A stretch of DNA of 64,000 nucleotides, from the NCBI GenBank assembly GCA_963829525.1, contig CAWHIJ010000003.1:736001-800000 (forward strand), read 5' to 3'. Shown here piece by piece: positions 21,415-33,503 of this stretch. Below the pieces are notes generated by a model. That model worked only from the letters and a program-made list of their open reading frames with translations, searched no databases and was not told the origin of the DNA. The translations under genes were made by a program, and so were the position numbers. This stretch comes from an uncultured Actinomycetota bacterium (lineage in GTDB: Bacteria; Actinomycetota; Actinomycetes; JAHEKZ01). Numbering within the stretch: the stretch's first letter is position 1; the number at the start of each line of letters is the position of its first letter.

Positions 21415-23037
21415 GTGGGACATGTCGACGTCAATGGAGTCAGCTTCGTGCTGCCGGATGGCCGCACGCTCTTCGCCAGTGTGTCCTTCCGAGTGGGCGA
21501 CGGAGCCGTTGTCGCCCTGGTTGGCGCGAACGGAGCCGGCAAGACGACCCTGATGCGGATCATTGCGGGTGACATCGACCCTGTCGAGGGTTCGGTGTCG
21601 CGCAGCGGCGGCCTCGGAGTGATGCGTCAGTTCGTCGGCAGTGTGCGCGACGAGTCGACGGTTCGGGACCTGCTGGTTTCGGTGGCACCACCTCGAATTC
21701 GCGAAGCCGCACTCGAGATGGATGCAGCCGAGCTGCAGATGATGCAGCACGACGACGAGAAGACCCAGATGCGCTACGCACAAGCGATCGCCGATTGGGG
21801 CGATGCCCACGGCTACGACGCCGAAGTGATTTGGGATGCCTGCACCATGCAGGCGATTGGTCTTCCTTATGAGCGCGCCCAGTACCGCGAGGTGCGAACG
21901 CTCTCCGGCGGTGAGCAGAAGCGCCTGGCACTCGAAGCCTTGTTGCGCGGGCCAGACGAGGTGCTGCTACTCGACGAACCGGACAACTACCTCGACGTCC
22001 CGGGTAAGCAGTGGCTCGAGGAGCGGCTGGCGTCCACCCAGAAGACAGTGCTGCTGATCTCGCACGACCGTGAGCTCTTGGCTAAAGCAGCGAATCGCAT
22101 CGTCACGATCGAAGGTGGCTCGAGCTGGGTGCATGGTGGCGGGTTCGCGTCCTACCACGAGGTGCGCAGCGACCGGCATGAGCGCCTCGCCGAGCTACTG
22201 CGGCGCTGGGACGAGGAGCATCAACGACTTAAGGACCTGGTGCGCACCCTGCAGCAGCAAGCTGCGATCAGTCCCGACATGGCGTCAAAGTACAAGGCCA
22301 TGCAGACCCGCCTGCGCAAGTACGAGGAGGTTGGTCCACCAGAGGCGCCCCCCGTGGCGCAGAACGTTCGTATGCGGTTGAAGGGAGGACGTACCGGCGT
22401 CCGAGCCGTCACGTGTCAGCAGCTCGAGCTGACCGGCCTCATGCAGCCGTTCGACCTCGAGGTCTTCTACGGCGAGCGGGTCGCGGTGCTCGGGAGCAAC
22501 GGATCGGGAAAGTCACACTTCCTGCGACTGCTGGCATCCGGGGACGCCGAGCATGCCACGGTTGCGCATACCGGCGCGTGGAAGCTGGGTGCGCGAGTCG
22601 TGCCCGGGCACTTCGCCCAGACCCACGACCATGCGGAGTTCATCGGCCGGACGCCCATCGAGCTGTTGTGGCACGAGCACTCCTTGCAGCTCGGCCCGGC
22701 GAAGTCGTCACTACGCCGCTACGAGCTCGAGCACCAGGCCGACCAGCGGTTCGAGACGTTGTCGGGAGGTCAGCAAGCGCGCTTTCAGATCTTGCTCCTC
22801 GAGCTCTCGGGCGTCACGCTGCTCCTCCTCGACGAGCCGACCGACAACCTCGACCTCGCAAGCGCGGAGGCTTTGGAGGAGGGGCTGGAGGCCTTCGACG
22901 GCACCGTGATGAGCGTGACCCACGACCGCTGGTTCGCCAGGTCGTTCGACCGCTATCTGATCTTTGGATCTGACGGTCAGGTCTACGAGGCCTCCGAACC
23001 GGTCTGGGACGAGGCCCGGGTTCAGCGCGCCCGCTAG
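21415..23037 (+). CDS. ABC-F family ATPase
   Basis: Two NBDs (GANGAGKT/LSGGE/LDEPDNYLD; GSNGSGKS/LSGGQ/LDEPTDNLD), no TM segments. Confidence 0.93.
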   Translation: MGHVDVNGVSFVLPDGRTLFASVSFRVGDGAVVALVGANGAGKTTLMRIIAGDIDPVEGSVSRSGGLGVMRQFVGSVRDESTVRDLLVSVAPPRIREAALEMDAAELQMMQHDDEKTQMRYAQAIADWGDAHGYDAEVIWDACTMQAIGLPYERAQYREVRTLSGGEQKRLALEALLRGPDEVLLLDEPDNYLDVPGKQWLEERLASTQKTVLLISHDRELLAKAANRIVTIEGGSSWVHGGGFASYHEVRSDRHERLAELLRRWDEEHQRLKDLVRTLQQQAAISPDMASKYKAMQTRLRKYEEVGPPEAPPVAQNVRMRLKGGRTGVRAVTCQQLELTGLMQPFDLEVFYGERVAVLGSNGSGKSHFLRLLASGDAEHATVAHTGAWKLGARVVPGHFAQTHDHAEFIGRTPIELLWHEHSLQLGPAKSSLRRYELEHQADQRFETLSGGQQARFQILLLELSGVTLLLLDEPTDNLDLASAEALEEGLEAFDGTVMSVTHDRWFARSFDRYLIFGSDGQVYEASEPVWDEARVQRAR

Positions 23038-23054
23038 GCGGCGATCGGAGCGTT

Positions 23055-24333
23055 TCAGTCATTCTCACGAGCTGTGACGGTCTCCGAAGTGGCTGAAGCG
23101 CTTCGATCATGTCCCGGGACGCCAGCGAAGGCGATGACGGCGGCGAAGGCCGTCACCACCGTGCCCGCGGTGAAGGTCCAGGTGGGGCTGATGTCGGCGA
23201 GGACGCCGCCGATTGCGGCTCCACCACCGAAGCCCAGCAACAGGAAGGTCGTCGTCCATGCGAACGCGTCCGTGCGGCGTCCCGCCGCCGCTCGGTCACC
23301 GACGACGCCGTAGCCGGCGGCCAGCGAGGGCGCCAGTGCCAGACCTGACAGGAAAAGCGTGAACCCGAGCCACCCGAGTCCGAAGTGCCATCCCACCATG
23401 ATCGTTGCCGTTCCGAGAGTGACCCCTGCCAGCAGCCACGGCCAGCGTTCGGCCGGCCCCCTTCGCCAGTGCACCCGAGACGCCGTCAGGCCGCCGACCA
23501 GCGAGCCCACACTCCACAGCGCGAGCAGCCACCCGCTCGCCGCACGGTTCTGCTCCAAGATCGCCACAGCTGGGACGCCGACCTCCACCAAGCCGAGTCC
23601 CAGTGCCATGACACAGAGAGCTGCGTAGGGACCGGCTAGTCCCAGCAGCGCGGTACCGAGCGGAACACGGGACGCCGGAGCCGGGTGCGGCTGCCACAGG
23701 GGCCGGACCACCCACGCAAAGACAAGACCTCCCAGCGCGCCACAGGTGGCTGCAGCGAGTAGCGCGGCGTCCGGACCGGACAACGCAACCAGGACGCCGA
23801 CCAGGGCCGGCCCGGCGATGAACACCATCTCTTGCCAGGTGGCGTCCAGTGCGTACAGCGCATCCAGGTCGCGCTGGTCCCGGGCTAGCTGCGGCCACAG
23901 CGTCCGCGAGATCGGGGAGGTGGGAGCCGCGAGTAGGCCCGCCGGCCGCAGCGAGCACCACGAGGGCGGTCTCGGCCTCCCACGGGCCAAACGCCAGCAC
24001 CAGAAGGAGCAGCCCCTGAGCCAGGGCAGTGACGGCCTCGACGCGGTGAGCGCGGCCGCGTCCGGCAAACCCGCCCCACAGCGGCTGGCTGACGGCTGAG
24101 CCGATTGCCCAGGCGCCGCCGGCGAGCCCGGCTGCGGCGATCGATCCCGTGCGTTCCTGGGCTAGGAGGACGACCGCCAGGGGCGCCAGCCCCTGAGGCA
24201 TCCTGGCCACGATGGAGAGCACCAGCACGAGCCGGCTGGTGCGGTGCCCTCCGGCGGTCGGACCCGAGCTGGGGTCCGGCTCTGGATGTGGCCCAACAGG
24301 GGGCTGGGCCGACGAGGCATCCGGGGCGGTCAT
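23055..24333 (-). CDS. MFS transporter, one frameshift near 23939
   Basis: ARMPQGLAPLAVVLL...TGSIAAAG, then LLAAPTSPISRTLW...YALDA...EMVFIAGPALVG in the next frame. Confidence 0.85.
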
Positions 24334-24393
24334 CCAGCCAGCCTAGGAAGGCGGTCGATCTTGGGTGCGACGGGCTGGCGCCGGTACCCGGTT

Positions 24394-24423
24394 TTGACCG
24401 TCTACCCCGGGCACAGGTAACCT
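24394..24423 (+). promoter_or_regulatory. Housekeeping promoter of rplM-rpsI
   Basis: TTGACC-N18-TAACCT. Confidence 0.7.
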
Positions 24424-24581
24424 AAAGGGCTGTTGCGCCTTGTATCTGTCGGGGTCGCTGGTCGGCCGCAGATCGTTGGCGCCGGAAGCTCCGCGCGGAA
24501 CGCCCTGCTTGTTGATGCAAATCGATGCAGAGCCTGATGCAGAGTGCTCTTGACCCGACTCGACTCACGAAGGTTGTGCCC

Positions 24582-25025
24582 GTGCGCACGTACAGCCCCA
24601 AGCCCGACGACGTCCAGCGTCAGTGGTTTGTCATCGACGCCGAGGATGTCGTCCTCGGACGTCTCGCGTCGCAGGTCGCCCAGCTGCTGCGCGGCAAGCA
24701 CAAACCCGTCTTCGCCCCGCATGTCGACACCGGTGACTTCGTGGTCGTCATCAACGCTGAGAAGATCGCCCTGACCGGCGCCAAGCGGGAGCAGAAACTG
24801 GCGTATCACCACTCGGGCTACCCCGGTGGCCTGCGTGCCACCGGATATGAAGAGCTGCTTTCCAAGAACCCCCGCAAGGCCGTTGAGAAGGCCGTCTGGG
24901 GCATGCTCCCCAAGAACCGCATTGCCCGGCAACAGCTCAAGAAACTGAAGGTGTATGCCGGCTCAGAGCACCCGCACCAGGCACAGCAGCCCGTGCCGTT
25001 CGAGATCACCCAGGTCGCGCAGTAG
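24582..25025 (+). CDS. rplM: 50S ribosomal protein L13
   Basis: [40 protein letters not shown]. Confidence 0.98.
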   Translation: MRTYSPKPDDVQRQWFVIDAEDVVLGRLASQVAQLLRGKHKPVFAPHVDTGDFVVVINAEKIALTGAKREQKLAYHHSGYPGGLRATGYEELLSKNPRKAVEKAVWGMLPKNRIARQQLKKLKVYAGSEHPHQAQQPVPFEITQVAQ

Positions 25026-25062
25026 CGCAGCCCGAAGGCCTAGAGAAGGTATCGAGAGGACC

Positions 25063-25599
25063 ATGTCCGACGTGACTGTCACCACTGACACCGCCCCTGA
25101 CGAGGCAACTGCCCCCGAGGTGGATGCCGCTGGCCCCGAGGCCGAAGGCACCCCCAGCGGAGATTTCACCAGCGAGACGGCAGCTGTTGTCGCCCCGCGG
25201 GAGATTTCCGACGCACCGGGTGCGGCGACTGGCCGTCGCAAAGAGGCGATCGCCCGCGTGCGCATCACTCCGGGTACGGGACAGTGCACCGTCAACGGCA
25301 AGACCCTCGAAGACTTCTTCCCCAACAAGGTGCATCAGCAGGTGGTCAACGACCCGTTCCGCGTGCTTTCGGTGGAGGGACGCTACGACGTCATCGCACG
25401 CGTTCACGGCGGCGGCGTTTCTGGCCAAGCCGGCGCCATCCGCCTCGGCATCTCGCGTGCATTGAGCGAGATTGACACAGAGGGCAACCGCCCCACGCTG
25501 AAGAAGGCCGGCTACCTGACACGTGACCCACGTGCCAAGGAGCGTCGCAAGGCTGGACTCAAGAAGGCCCGCAAGGCTCCGCAGTACAGCAAGCGCTGA
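25063..25599 (+). CDS. rpsI: 30S ribosomal protein S9
   Basis: [35 protein letters not shown]. Confidence 0.98.
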   Translation: MSDVTVTTDTAPDEATAPEVDAAGPEAEGTPSGDFTSETAAVVAPREISDAPGAATGRRKEAIARVRITPGTGQCTVNGKTLEDFFPNKVHQQVVNDPFRVLSVEGRYDVIARVHGGGVSGQAGAIRLGISRALSEIDTEGNRPTLKKAGYLTRDPRAKERRKAGLKKARKAPQYSKR

Positions 25600-25681
25600 C
25601 GGGCTCTGCCCGCGTTACCTCGCTCTGCCTCGTCGGCCCCATCGGCCCCCGGCTTGCGGGGCGCGCGCATGAGGAGGTGCT

Positions 25682-27025
25682 GTGACTCGGCTCTTCGGAA
25701 CCGATGGCGTCCGTGGCCTCGCCAACCGTGACCTCACCGCGGAGCTAGCGGTCGACCTCAGCGTTGCCGCCGCTCACGTGCTTGGTGAGACGGGGGCTTT
25801 CGCGGGTCATCGTCCCGTGGCCGTTGTGGGGCGCGATCCGCGTGCATCCGGTGAGTTCCTGGAGGCAGCCGTGGTCGCAGGACTGGCCAGCGCAGGCGTG
25901 AATGTGCGTCGGGTCGGAATCCTCCCCACCCCCGGAGTTGCCCACCTGACGGCGGTTCGCGGGGCGGACCTTGGCGTGATGCTTTCGGCATCGCACAACG
26001 CGATGCCCGACAACGGGATCAAGTTCTTCGCCAGGGGCGGACACAAGCTCGGCGATGTCATCGAGGACGCCGTCGAGTCACGTCTTGGTGAGCCATGGGA
26101 CCGACCGACCGGCGCTGACGTAGGTCGCGTCACCGATGACTCGCAGGCGTCCGACGACTACGTCACCCATCTGCTTGCGACGCTCGGCGGACAGCGTCTC
26201 GACGGCGTCCGTATCGTGGTCGACTGCGCTAACGGGGCGGCTTCTTTTGTGGCAGCGACGGCGTTCGCCGGGGCTGGCGCCGATGTCATCACAATCCATG
26301 ATGACCCCGACGGGTTGAACATCAATGTGGCGTGTGGGTCCACACACCTTGAGTCCCTTCAAGCTGCCGTTGTCGAACACGATGCCGATCTCGGAGTTGC
26401 TCTCGATGGTGATGCCGACCGATGCCTCGCAGTCGATGCTGCCGGCCAACTTGTCGATGGCGACCAGATCCTGGCGATCCTGACGTTGGCCATGCGGGCG
26501 TCCGGCCACCTGGCCCACGACACTGTTGTTTCGACGGTTATGTCCAACCTCGGGTTCCGTCAGGCGATGCAGCGCGAGGGCGTCGCCGTCGTCGCCACCG
26601 CAGTGGGGGACCGGTATGTGCTCGAGGCAATGCGATCGTTCGGGTACACGCTCGGTGGTGAGCAGTCTGGTCACTTGATCATGTCTGAGTTCGCTACGAC
26701 TGGCGATGGCCTGCTCACCGCACTCCACCTTGCCGCTCAGGTGACGGCATCCGGGCAGTCCCTCGCCGACCTCGGCGATGTGATGCAGCGGTTCCCGCAG
26801 GTCTTGGTCAACGTTGCTGATGTCGACCGACTTCGCGTCGATGCGCCGGCCATCGCTGCCGCGGTTGCCGAGGAGCAACGTGCCTTGGGCAATCAAGGAC
26901 GTGTACTTCTCCGTCCCAGCGGAACCGAGCCTCTTGTACGCGTGATGGTTGAAGCTGACTCTGCAGAGCGGGCCAGCGAGGTTGCTGATCGGCTCGCTGC
27001 CGTCGTGCGAGCAACAATCGGCTAA
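25682..27025 (+). CDS. glmM: Phosphoglucosamine mutase
   Basis: [34 protein letters not shown]. Confidence 0.98.
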   Translation: MTRLFGTDGVRGLANRDLTAELAVDLSVAAAHVLGETGAFAGHRPVAVVGRDPRASGEFLEAAVVAGLASAGVNVRRVGILPTPGVAHLTAVRGADLGVMLSASHNAMPDNGIKFFARGGHKLGDVIEDAVESRLGEPWDRPTGADVGRVTDDSQASDDYVTHLLATLGGQRLDGVRIVVDCANGAASFVAATAFAGAGADVITIHDDPDGLNINVACGSTHLESLQAAVVEHDADLGVALDGDADRCLAVDAAGQLVDGDQILAILTLAMRASGHLAHDTVVSTVMSNLGFRQAMQREGVAVVATAVGDRYVLEAMRSFGYTLGGEQSGHLIMSEFATTGDGLLTALHLAAQVTASGQSLADLGDVMQRFPQVLVNVADVDRLRVDAPAIAAAVAEEQRALGNQGRVLLRPSGTEPLVRVMVEADSAERASEVADRLAAVVRATIG

Positions 27026-27084
27026 TCGGCCTCGGCTGGTCTGAACGGCGCTGCCCCCTGGTAGCAGAACGTAAGGTGTAACCC

Positions 27085-28923
27085 ATGTGCGGAATCGTCG
27101 GGTACGTCGGTCAGCAAAATGCTGTTGATGTCGTGATCGAAGGGCTCCGGCGGTTGGAGTACCGCGGCTATGACAGTGCCGGTGTTGCGGTGGTCTCGGC
27201 CGACAAGGTGCAGGTGCGGCGACGTGCCGGCAAACTCGCCAATCTTGAGAAGCTGTTGGCCGAGCAGCCGCTACCGGCGGCCACTTTCGGTATGGGCCAT
27301 ACGCGGTGGGCGACTCATGGTGCGCCGACCGACCGAAATGCGCATCCACACCTCGATGAGGCGTCGCAGGTAGCAGTCGTTCACAACGGCATCATCGAAA
27401 ACTTTGCCATGCTCCGCGCCCAGCTTGAACGAGATGGTGTGGTCATGGCGTCCGACACTGACACCGAGGTTGTCTCACACCTGCTGGCACAGGCCTTCGA
27501 TGGAGACCTCGCGGAGGCCATGCGTGCGGTCTGCCGCCGATTGGAGGGGGCATTCACCCTCGTTGCGATTCATGCTGACCAGCCAGACGTCGTTGTCGGA
27601 GCACGTCGCAACTCCCCACTGGTGGTTGGTCGGGGAGATGGGGAGAACTTTCTCGGTAGCGATGTCTCGGCGTTCATTGCGCACACTCGACATGCCGTTG
27701 AGCTGGGGCAGGATCAAGTCGTCGAGATCACTGCCGACCGCATCACCGTGACCACCTTCGACGGCCAGCCCGCCGAGGTCAAGGAGTACGAGGTCGACTG
27801 GGATGCCTCGGCTGCTGAGAAGGGTGGTTACGACTACTTCATGCTCAAGGAGATCCACGAGCAGCCGAAGGCAGTGGCGGACACACTTCTGGGAAGGGTC
27901 GATGACGAAGGTCATCTACAGCTGGATGAGATGCGGTTGTCCGACGAAGATCTGCGGGACGTCGACAAGATCGTCATCATTGGCTGCGGCACGTCGTACA
28001 ACTCGGGGCTGATCGCCAAATACTCGATCGAGCACTGGTCGCGGATCCCCGTTGAGGTCGAGGTGGCTTCGGAGTTTCGTTACCGTGACCCGATCCTCAG
28101 TCAGCGGACACTCGTGATCGCTATCTCGCAGTCCGGTGAGTCGATGGACACATTGATGGCTATTCGGCACGCCCGCGAACAGGGCTCACGGGTGCTGGCG
28201 ATCTGCAACGTCAACGGGTCAACGATTCCGCGCGAGTCAGATGCGGTCGTCTACACCTATGCCGGGCCAGAGATCGCTGTCGCCTCGACCAAGGCGTTCC
28301 TCACCCAGATCGTCGCGGTGAACCTGGTGGCGCTCTACCTCGCTCAAGTTCGCGGTACCAAGTGGGGTGACGAGATCATCCGGCACGTCGAAGAGCTCGC
28401 TTCGATGCCTGCCGCCGTTGAGCGCGTCCTTGACACCGTCGAGCCAATGCGTGCTTTGGCCCGCGAGTTGGTGAACGCCAAGGCGGTTCTCTTCCTCGGG
28501 CGGCACGTCGGATATCCGGTGGCTCTCGAAGGTGCCCTCAAACTCAAGGAGCTTGCCTACATGCACGCCGAAGGCTTTCCGGCCGGTGAGCTCAAGCACG
28601 GACCGATCGCGTTGATCGAGCAAGATCTCCCAGTCGTGGTCATCGTTCCACCGCGAAGCCGCAAGGTGCTGCACGACAAGATCGTCAGCAACATCCAGGA
28701 GATCCGGGCCAGAGGGGCGCGCACAATCGTCATCGCTGAAGAGGGCGACGACACCGTGGCCCAATACGCTGACACCCTCATTCGAGTGCCCGCCGTTCCG
28801 ACCTTGCTGCAGCCAATTGTTGCCACCGTTCCACTCCAGGTCTTCGCCTGCGAGCTAGCCAGCGCCAAAGGCTACGACGTGGACCAGCCACGGAACTTGG
28901 CGAAGTCCGTCACAGTGGAGTGA
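27085..28923 (+). CDS. glmS: Glutamine--fructose-6-phosphate transaminase
   Basis: MCGIVGY, GHTRWATHG, SQSGE, ELKHGPIAL, PRNLAKSVTVE. Confidence 0.99.
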   Translation: MCGIVGYVGQQNAVDVVIEGLRRLEYRGYDSAGVAVVSADKVQVRRRAGKLANLEKLLAEQPLPAATFGMGHTRWATHGAPTDRNAHPHLDEASQVAVVHNGIIENFAMLRAQLERDGVVMASDTDTEVVSHLLAQAFDGDLAEAMRAVCRRLEGAFTLVAIHADQPDVVVGARRNSPLVVGRGDGENFLGSDVSAFIAHTRHAVELGQDQVVEITADRITVTTFDGQPAEVKEYEVDWDASAAEKGGYDYFMLKEIHEQPKAVADTLLGRVDDEGHLQLDEMRLSDEDLRDVDKIVIIGCGTSYNSGLIAKYSIEHWSRIPVEVEVASEFRYRDPILSQRTLVIAISQSGESMDTLMAIRHAREQGSRVLAICNVNGSTIPRESDAVVYTYAGPEIAVASTKAFLTQIVAVNLVALYLAQVRGTKWGDEIIRHVEELASMPAAVERVLDTVEPMRALARELVNAKAVLFLGRHVGYPVALEGALKLKELAYMHAEGFPAGELKHGPIALIEQDLPVVVIVPPRSRKVLHDKIVSNIQEIRARGARTIVIAEEGDDTVAQYADTLIRVPAVPTLLQPIVATVPLQVFACELASAKGYDVDQPRNLAKSVTVE

Positions 28924-28969
28924 CGTAGTGACCCTGGCCCGGGGAGTCGTGTAGTGACACACTGGTGCT

Positions 28970-29320
28970 GTGATCGTTGGAATCGGCATTGACGTCGTAG
29001 ATGTGGCGCGGTTCGGGCAGACGCTCGAGCGCACACCCGCGCTGCGAGACCGGCTCTTCACGCCCGAAGAGGCAGCGCTGCCCTTGGCCTCGCTTGCTGC
29101 CCGATTTGCCGCCAAAGAAGCCCTTGCCAAGGCGCTGGGTGCGCCAGCAGGTCTCCAGTGGCACGACTGCGAGGTGGTCAAGGACTCCGACGGTCGCCCA
29201 GCCTTCGAGCTGTCTGGCACGGTGCACACCCGCGCAATCGCCCTGCGGGCGCACACCATCCACCTCTCGCTCAGCCACGACGCTGGAATCGCCTCTGCGA
29301 TGGTCGTGGCTGAGGCTTAG
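28970..29320 (+). CDS. acpS: Holo-ACP synthase
   Basis: [27 protein letters not shown]. Confidence 0.96.
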   Translation: MIVGIGIDVVDVARFGQTLERTPALRDRLFTPEEAALPLASLAARFAAKEALAKALGAPAGLQWHDCEVVKDSDGRPAFELSGTVHTRAIALRAHTIHLSLSHDAGIASAMVVAEA

Positions 29321-29329
29321 GGGGACGCC

Positions 29330-30781
29330 ATGCACGCTGTGCACACCGCCGAGGAGGTGCGAGCAGCCGAGGAGTCGGTGCTTGCCCGAACTGCTGAGGG
29401 CGAGCTGATGCAGCGAGCTGCAACGGGCCTTTCAAGAACCTGTGCCCAGGTGATCGGCGCTCATCGCGGTGGGGTCTACGGCGCGCAAGTTGTCGTGCTG
29501 GCCGGCACCGGAAACAACGGGGGAGATGCGCTCTTCGCCGGTGCGGCACTGGCCAAGCGGGGTGCACAGGTCGTCGTTGTCCCGACGGGCTCGCGCATAC
29601 ATGAGGCTGGCGTGGGCGCTGTGCTTCGAGCAGGAGGCCGAGTCACCGAACTGCCCGAGGCCGCTGGTGCCATCGGGGCCGCAGACCTCGTGGTCGACGG
29701 GATCTTGGGTATCGGTGGGAAGGGTGGGCTCCGTGAGCCTGCAGCGACCCTCGCTGACCTGGCCACCTCCAGTGATGCCATCGTCATTGCCGTCGACCTA
29801 CCGTCCGGCGTTGATGCCGATACCGGGGTCGCTGATGACGGAGCTATATGGGCAGACGTCACCGTGACCTTTGGTCTGATGAAGCCGGGCCTTCTCCTTG
29901 CGCCCGGCTCGATGCACGTCGGACTGTTGGAGCTGGTCGACATTGGCCTTGGCAGTGATGTCGTCGTGCCGTCCATCACCAGCCTCGAGGCCTGGGACGT
30001 CGCTGGCATTGTGCCGCGACCAGGCCCGCTCGACCACAAGTACTCGCAGGGCGTAGCAGGCGTTGTCGCGGGCTCAGATCGCTACCCCGGCGCCGCCGTG
30101 CTGGCCGTGTCTGGGGCGCTTCATGTCAAGGCTGGGCTGGTCCGCTATGTCGGCAGTGCAGCGCCGAACGTGGTGAATGCTTGGCCTTCGGCCATCGTCT
30201 CGACCGGCTCGATCGCCGATGCGGGTCATGTTCAGGCGTGGGGGGTCGGCCCCGGCCTTGGCGTCGACGACCGTGCACGGCAGCAGCTCGCAGAGGTTCT
30301 GGCCGAACCGATACCCGTTGTCATCGATGCTGACGGTCTGACGATGCTGGCCGAGGCCCCGGACCTGCTGCGTGCACGCAGGGCGCCGACGGTTCTGACG
30401 CCGCACGTGCGCGAGTTCGCCAGGCTCGCCCCCGAGCTGGACGTCGACGAGGACCCGATCACCGCGGTGCGAACCCTCGCGGCGCGCCTCCACAGCACGG
30501 TGCTGCTCAAAGGAGCGACGACCGTCGTTGCTGATGCCGATGGGCAGGTGCGCCTGAACCTCACCGGAACGCCTTGGCTGGCCAGCGGTGGGACCGGCGA
30601 TGTCCTTACTGGGATGATTGCCGGGCTGCTGGCGGCGGGGATACCCACCCTCGATGCGGCGTCCTGTGCGGCATTTCTGCACGGGCTGGCGGGTCGACTG
30701 GCTGCCGACGATGCACCGACGACCGCAGTGTCGGTTGCCGCTGCCCTGCCCGACGCAATTCGAGCCGTCACGCGTCCCTGA
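29330..30781 (+). CDS. nnr: Bifunctional NAD(P)H-hydrate epimerase/dehydratase
   Basis: GTGNNGGDAL, DLPSG, YPGAAVL, GPGLG, LTPHVREF, GGTGDVL. Confidence 0.93.
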   Translation: MHAVHTAEEVRAAEESVLARTAEGELMQRAATGLSRTCAQVIGAHRGGVYGAQVVVLAGTGNNGGDALFAGAALAKRGAQVVVVPTGSRIHEAGVGAVLRAGGRVTELPEAAGAIGAADLVVDGILGIGGKGGLREPAATLADLATSSDAIVIAVDLPSGVDADTGVADDGAIWADVTVTFGLMKPGLLLAPGSMHVGLLELVDIGLGSDVVVPSITSLEAWDVAGIVPRPGPLDHKYSQGVAGVVAGSDRYPGAAVLAVSGALHVKAGLVRYVGSAAPNVVNAWPSAIVSTGSIADAGHVQAWGVGPGLGVDDRARQQLAEVLAEPIPVVIDADGLTMLAEAPDLLRARRAPTVLTPHVREFARLAPELDVDEDPITAVRTLAARLHSTVLLKGATTVVADADGQVRLNLTGTPWLASGGTGDVLTGMIAGLLAAGIPTLDAASCAAFLHGLAGRLAADDAPTTAVSVAAALPDAIRAVTRP

Positions 30782-30816
30782 ATGGGCACTGCACGTGTCG
30801 GTGGGAGGATGGAAAA

Positions 30817-31953
30817 GTGTCCGGCCACCTCCGCGAGCTGATCGTCGATCTCGATGCGATCACCGCCAACACCCAGGTCCTGGTGAGCCGATCTGGCTCG
30901 GCGGGGGTGATGGCCGTTGTCAAGGCTGATGCCTACGGGCACGGGCTCGTTCCGTCGGCGCGGGCGGCCATCGCTGGTGGGGCGCAGTGGCTCGGGGTTG
31001 CGCTGTTGGATGAGGCGCTGGCTCTTCGCGCCGGCGGCATCGAAGACCCCGTGCTGGCGTGGTTGGTCGGTCGTGGGGAACCCTGGGCAGAGGCACTCAC
31101 AAGGAGTATCGACCTCTCGGTCTCTGACGTGTGGGTACTCGATGACATCACAGCCGCGGCTCGCGAGCTCGGTCGCGTGGCTCGGGTCCACCTGAAGGTC
31201 GACTCCGGCCTCGGAAGGTCCGGAGCCCCGGTCGGTGACTGGCCGGCGCTGGTCGAAGCGGCCCGGAAGGCCGAACTCGACGGCATCATTGTCGTGGTGG
31301 GAGTGTGGTCGCACCTGGCCTACGCCGATGCACCGGGACACCCCACGATCGACCGCCAGCTCGAGGTCTTCCAGAACGCGGTGGACATCGCCGAAAGGGC
31401 GGGTCTGCAGCCAGAGGTCCGCCACCTCGCCAATTCTGCGGCGACGCTGACACGTCCAGATACGCACTTCGACCTGACCCGTCCTGGGCTGGCGGTCTAT
31501 GGGCTCTCACCGCTGCGAGATGCGCCAGCTGCCTCGCTCGGATTGCTCCCTGCCATGTCCTTGCAGGCGCGCCTGACTTTGGTCAAGAGGGTGCCAGCCG
31601 GACACGGGGTCTCCTACATGCACCGCTACGTGACCAACCGTGAGACGACCCTCGGCCTGGTCCCGCTCGGTTACGCCGATGGTGTTCCGCGGAATTCCAC
31701 CAACGTCGGGCCGGTGCAGGTAGGGGGGCGGCGACGCACCATCGCAGGTGTGGTCTGCATGGACCAGTTCGTCGTCGACCTCGGCGACGACCCGCTGGCA
31801 ATCGGTGATGTCGTATCCCTTTTCGGCCCAGGCAGCTCCGGCGAGCCAACCGCCCAGGACTGGGCAGACGCCACCGGCACGATTTCCTACGAGATCGTCA
31901 CGCGCATGGGCCCACGCATCGCTCGTCGATACCTTGGGGGTGCGGAGTCATGA
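30817..31953 (+). CDS. alr: Alanine racemase
   Basis: AVVKADAYGHG PLP-lysine motif, HLKVDSGLGR, GYADG, TISYE. Confidence 0.97.
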   Translation: MSGHLRELIVDLDAITANTQVLVSRSGSAGVMAVVKADAYGHGLVPSARAAIAGGAQWLGVALLDEALALRAGGIEDPVLAWLVGRGEPWAEALTRSIDLSVSDVWVLDDITAAARELGRVARVHLKVDSGLGRSGAPVGDWPALVEAARKAELDGIIVVVGVWSHLAYADAPGHPTIDRQLEVFQNAVDIAERAGLQPEVRHLANSAATLTRPDTHFDLTRPGLAVYGLSPLRDAPAASLGLLPAMSLQARLTLVKRVPAGHGVSYMHRYVTNRETTLGLVPLGYADGVPRNSTNVGPVQVGGRRRTIAGVVCMDQFVVDLGDDPLAIGDVVSLFGPGSSGEPTAQDWADATGTISYEIVTRMGPRIARRYLGGAES

Positions 31954-33018
31954 ACCCTGCTCGTCGTGCAGGTCTGGCCGGCGCCGCGCTCGTTGCCGCA
32001 GCCGTCGGTGCTGCTGCCGGAATGGCCGCCGAACGCGTGGTGGTCGGACGGCCGCTGCGTCGGGGTGAGACTCCAGGCGGCAGGCTGGGCCTCGGCCAGC
32101 TGCGGGGCACACCACAAATCGTCCTGCTCGACGACGGCGTCGAACTGCACGTCGAGGTCGAAGAACCGCATCCCACCGGCGCCGTGGCGCGAGTTGACGG
32201 TGGTCTTCGTTCACGGATACGCACTGAATCAGGACTGCTTCCACTACCAACGCCAGGCACTCCGCGGCATGGTGCGCATGGTCTTCTACGACCAGCGGTC
32301 ACATGGCCGCTCGGGGCGTGGAACGGCTGAGACGTCTACGATGGCGCAGCTCGCTGTTGACCTGGAGATGGTGCTGTCTGCGGTTGTCCCAACCGGCCCC
32401 GTCGTTCTGGTCGGGCACTCGATGGGCGGAATGACAATCCTTGAGCTGGCGGGCCGATCTCCGGAGCTCTTCGGGGAGCGCGTGCAGGGCGTTGCGCTGA
32501 TCTCCACATCCGCCGGACGGATGTCAGACGTCACACTGGGGTTGCCTTCCTTCGCCGCTCGCAGTTTGCGGATGCTCGCACCGTCGGTAATCCAGCTCGG
32601 GCGACGCACCACACAGCTGTTGGAGCGCAGCCGTCACCTCAGCAGCGACCTCGCCGTCCTGGTGACGAAGGTCTACGCCTTCGCCGATGACGTCCCAGTC
32701 GAGTTGGTGGACTTCAGCCTGGAGATGATCAACGCTACCCCGATCGACGTCTTGGCTGACTTTCTTCCGGCCCTCGGGGACCACGATGTGCTCGACGCAC
32801 TGGACGTACTCAATGGCACCGAGACGCTGGTGCTCGTTGGCGCCCAGGACCTGCTAACACCTCCAGCTCACAGCCAGGTACTCGTCAAGGGAATCCCGGG
32901 GGCCGAGCTAGAGGTGCTCGACCCCGGTGGTCACTTGGTCATGCTGGAGAGGCCCGACGACGTCAACGGGCACCTGATCGACCTGCTTGAGCGAGTGGCT
33001 CGCGGCCTGGCGGATTGA
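31950..33018 (+). CDS. Alpha/beta hydrolase, one frameshift near 32172
   Basis: Membrane-anchor N-terminus in one frame; VFVHGY, DQRSHGRS, GHSMGG, GHLVMLE in the next; usual position between alr and tsaE. Confidence 0.87.
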
Positions 33019-33494
33019 CTGTGGCGATTCCGGACTGTTCGGTCGTACCCAATGCGGAAGCGATGCGCCTACTGGGCGCCCAGGTCGCGCTTGGGTGTCG
33101 CGCCGGCGATGTCGTCGTCCTTAGTGGCCCGCTGGGGGCGGGGAAGACGACGTTCACCCAGGGCTTTGCGACCGGGCTCAAGGTGACGGGTCCGGTGACG
33201 TCGCCGACCTTCGTCATCGCCCGCCTTCATCGATCGACCTCTGGCGGGCCAGACCTGGTCCATGTCGATGCGTACCGGCTAGGTGGTCTGGCCGAGCTCG
33301 ACGATCTCGACCTCGGGGTCTCACTCACCGAGTCCGTCACCGTCGTGGAGTGGGGAGAGGGACTGGCCGAGAGTTTGTCTACGGAGGTCGTGACGGTTCG
33401 GATTGAACGAGACACCCACGACCTTGGCCTCGTCGACCCGACGTCCGATCAACGCCAGGTCACCGTGACCTGGCCATCTGATCGCAGTGGGTAG
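33015..33494 (+). CDS. tsaE: t6A biosynthesis ATPase TsaE
   Basis: LSGPLGAGKTTF, VTSPTF, HVDAYRL, VVEW. Confidence 0.96.
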   Translation: MTVAIPDCSVVPNAEAMRLLGAQVALGCRAGDVVVLSGPLGAGKTTFTQGFATGLKVTGPVTSPTFVIARLHRSTSGGPDLVHVDAYRLGGLAELDDLDLGVSLTESVTVVEWGEGLAESLSTEVVTVRIERDTHDLGLVDPTSDQRQVTVTWPSDRSG

Positions 33495-33503
33495 GGTCGC
33501 CGC

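Noticed and set aside
27026-27084. glmS ribozyme
   Set aside because: Spacer is only 59 nt and the gene appears leaderless.
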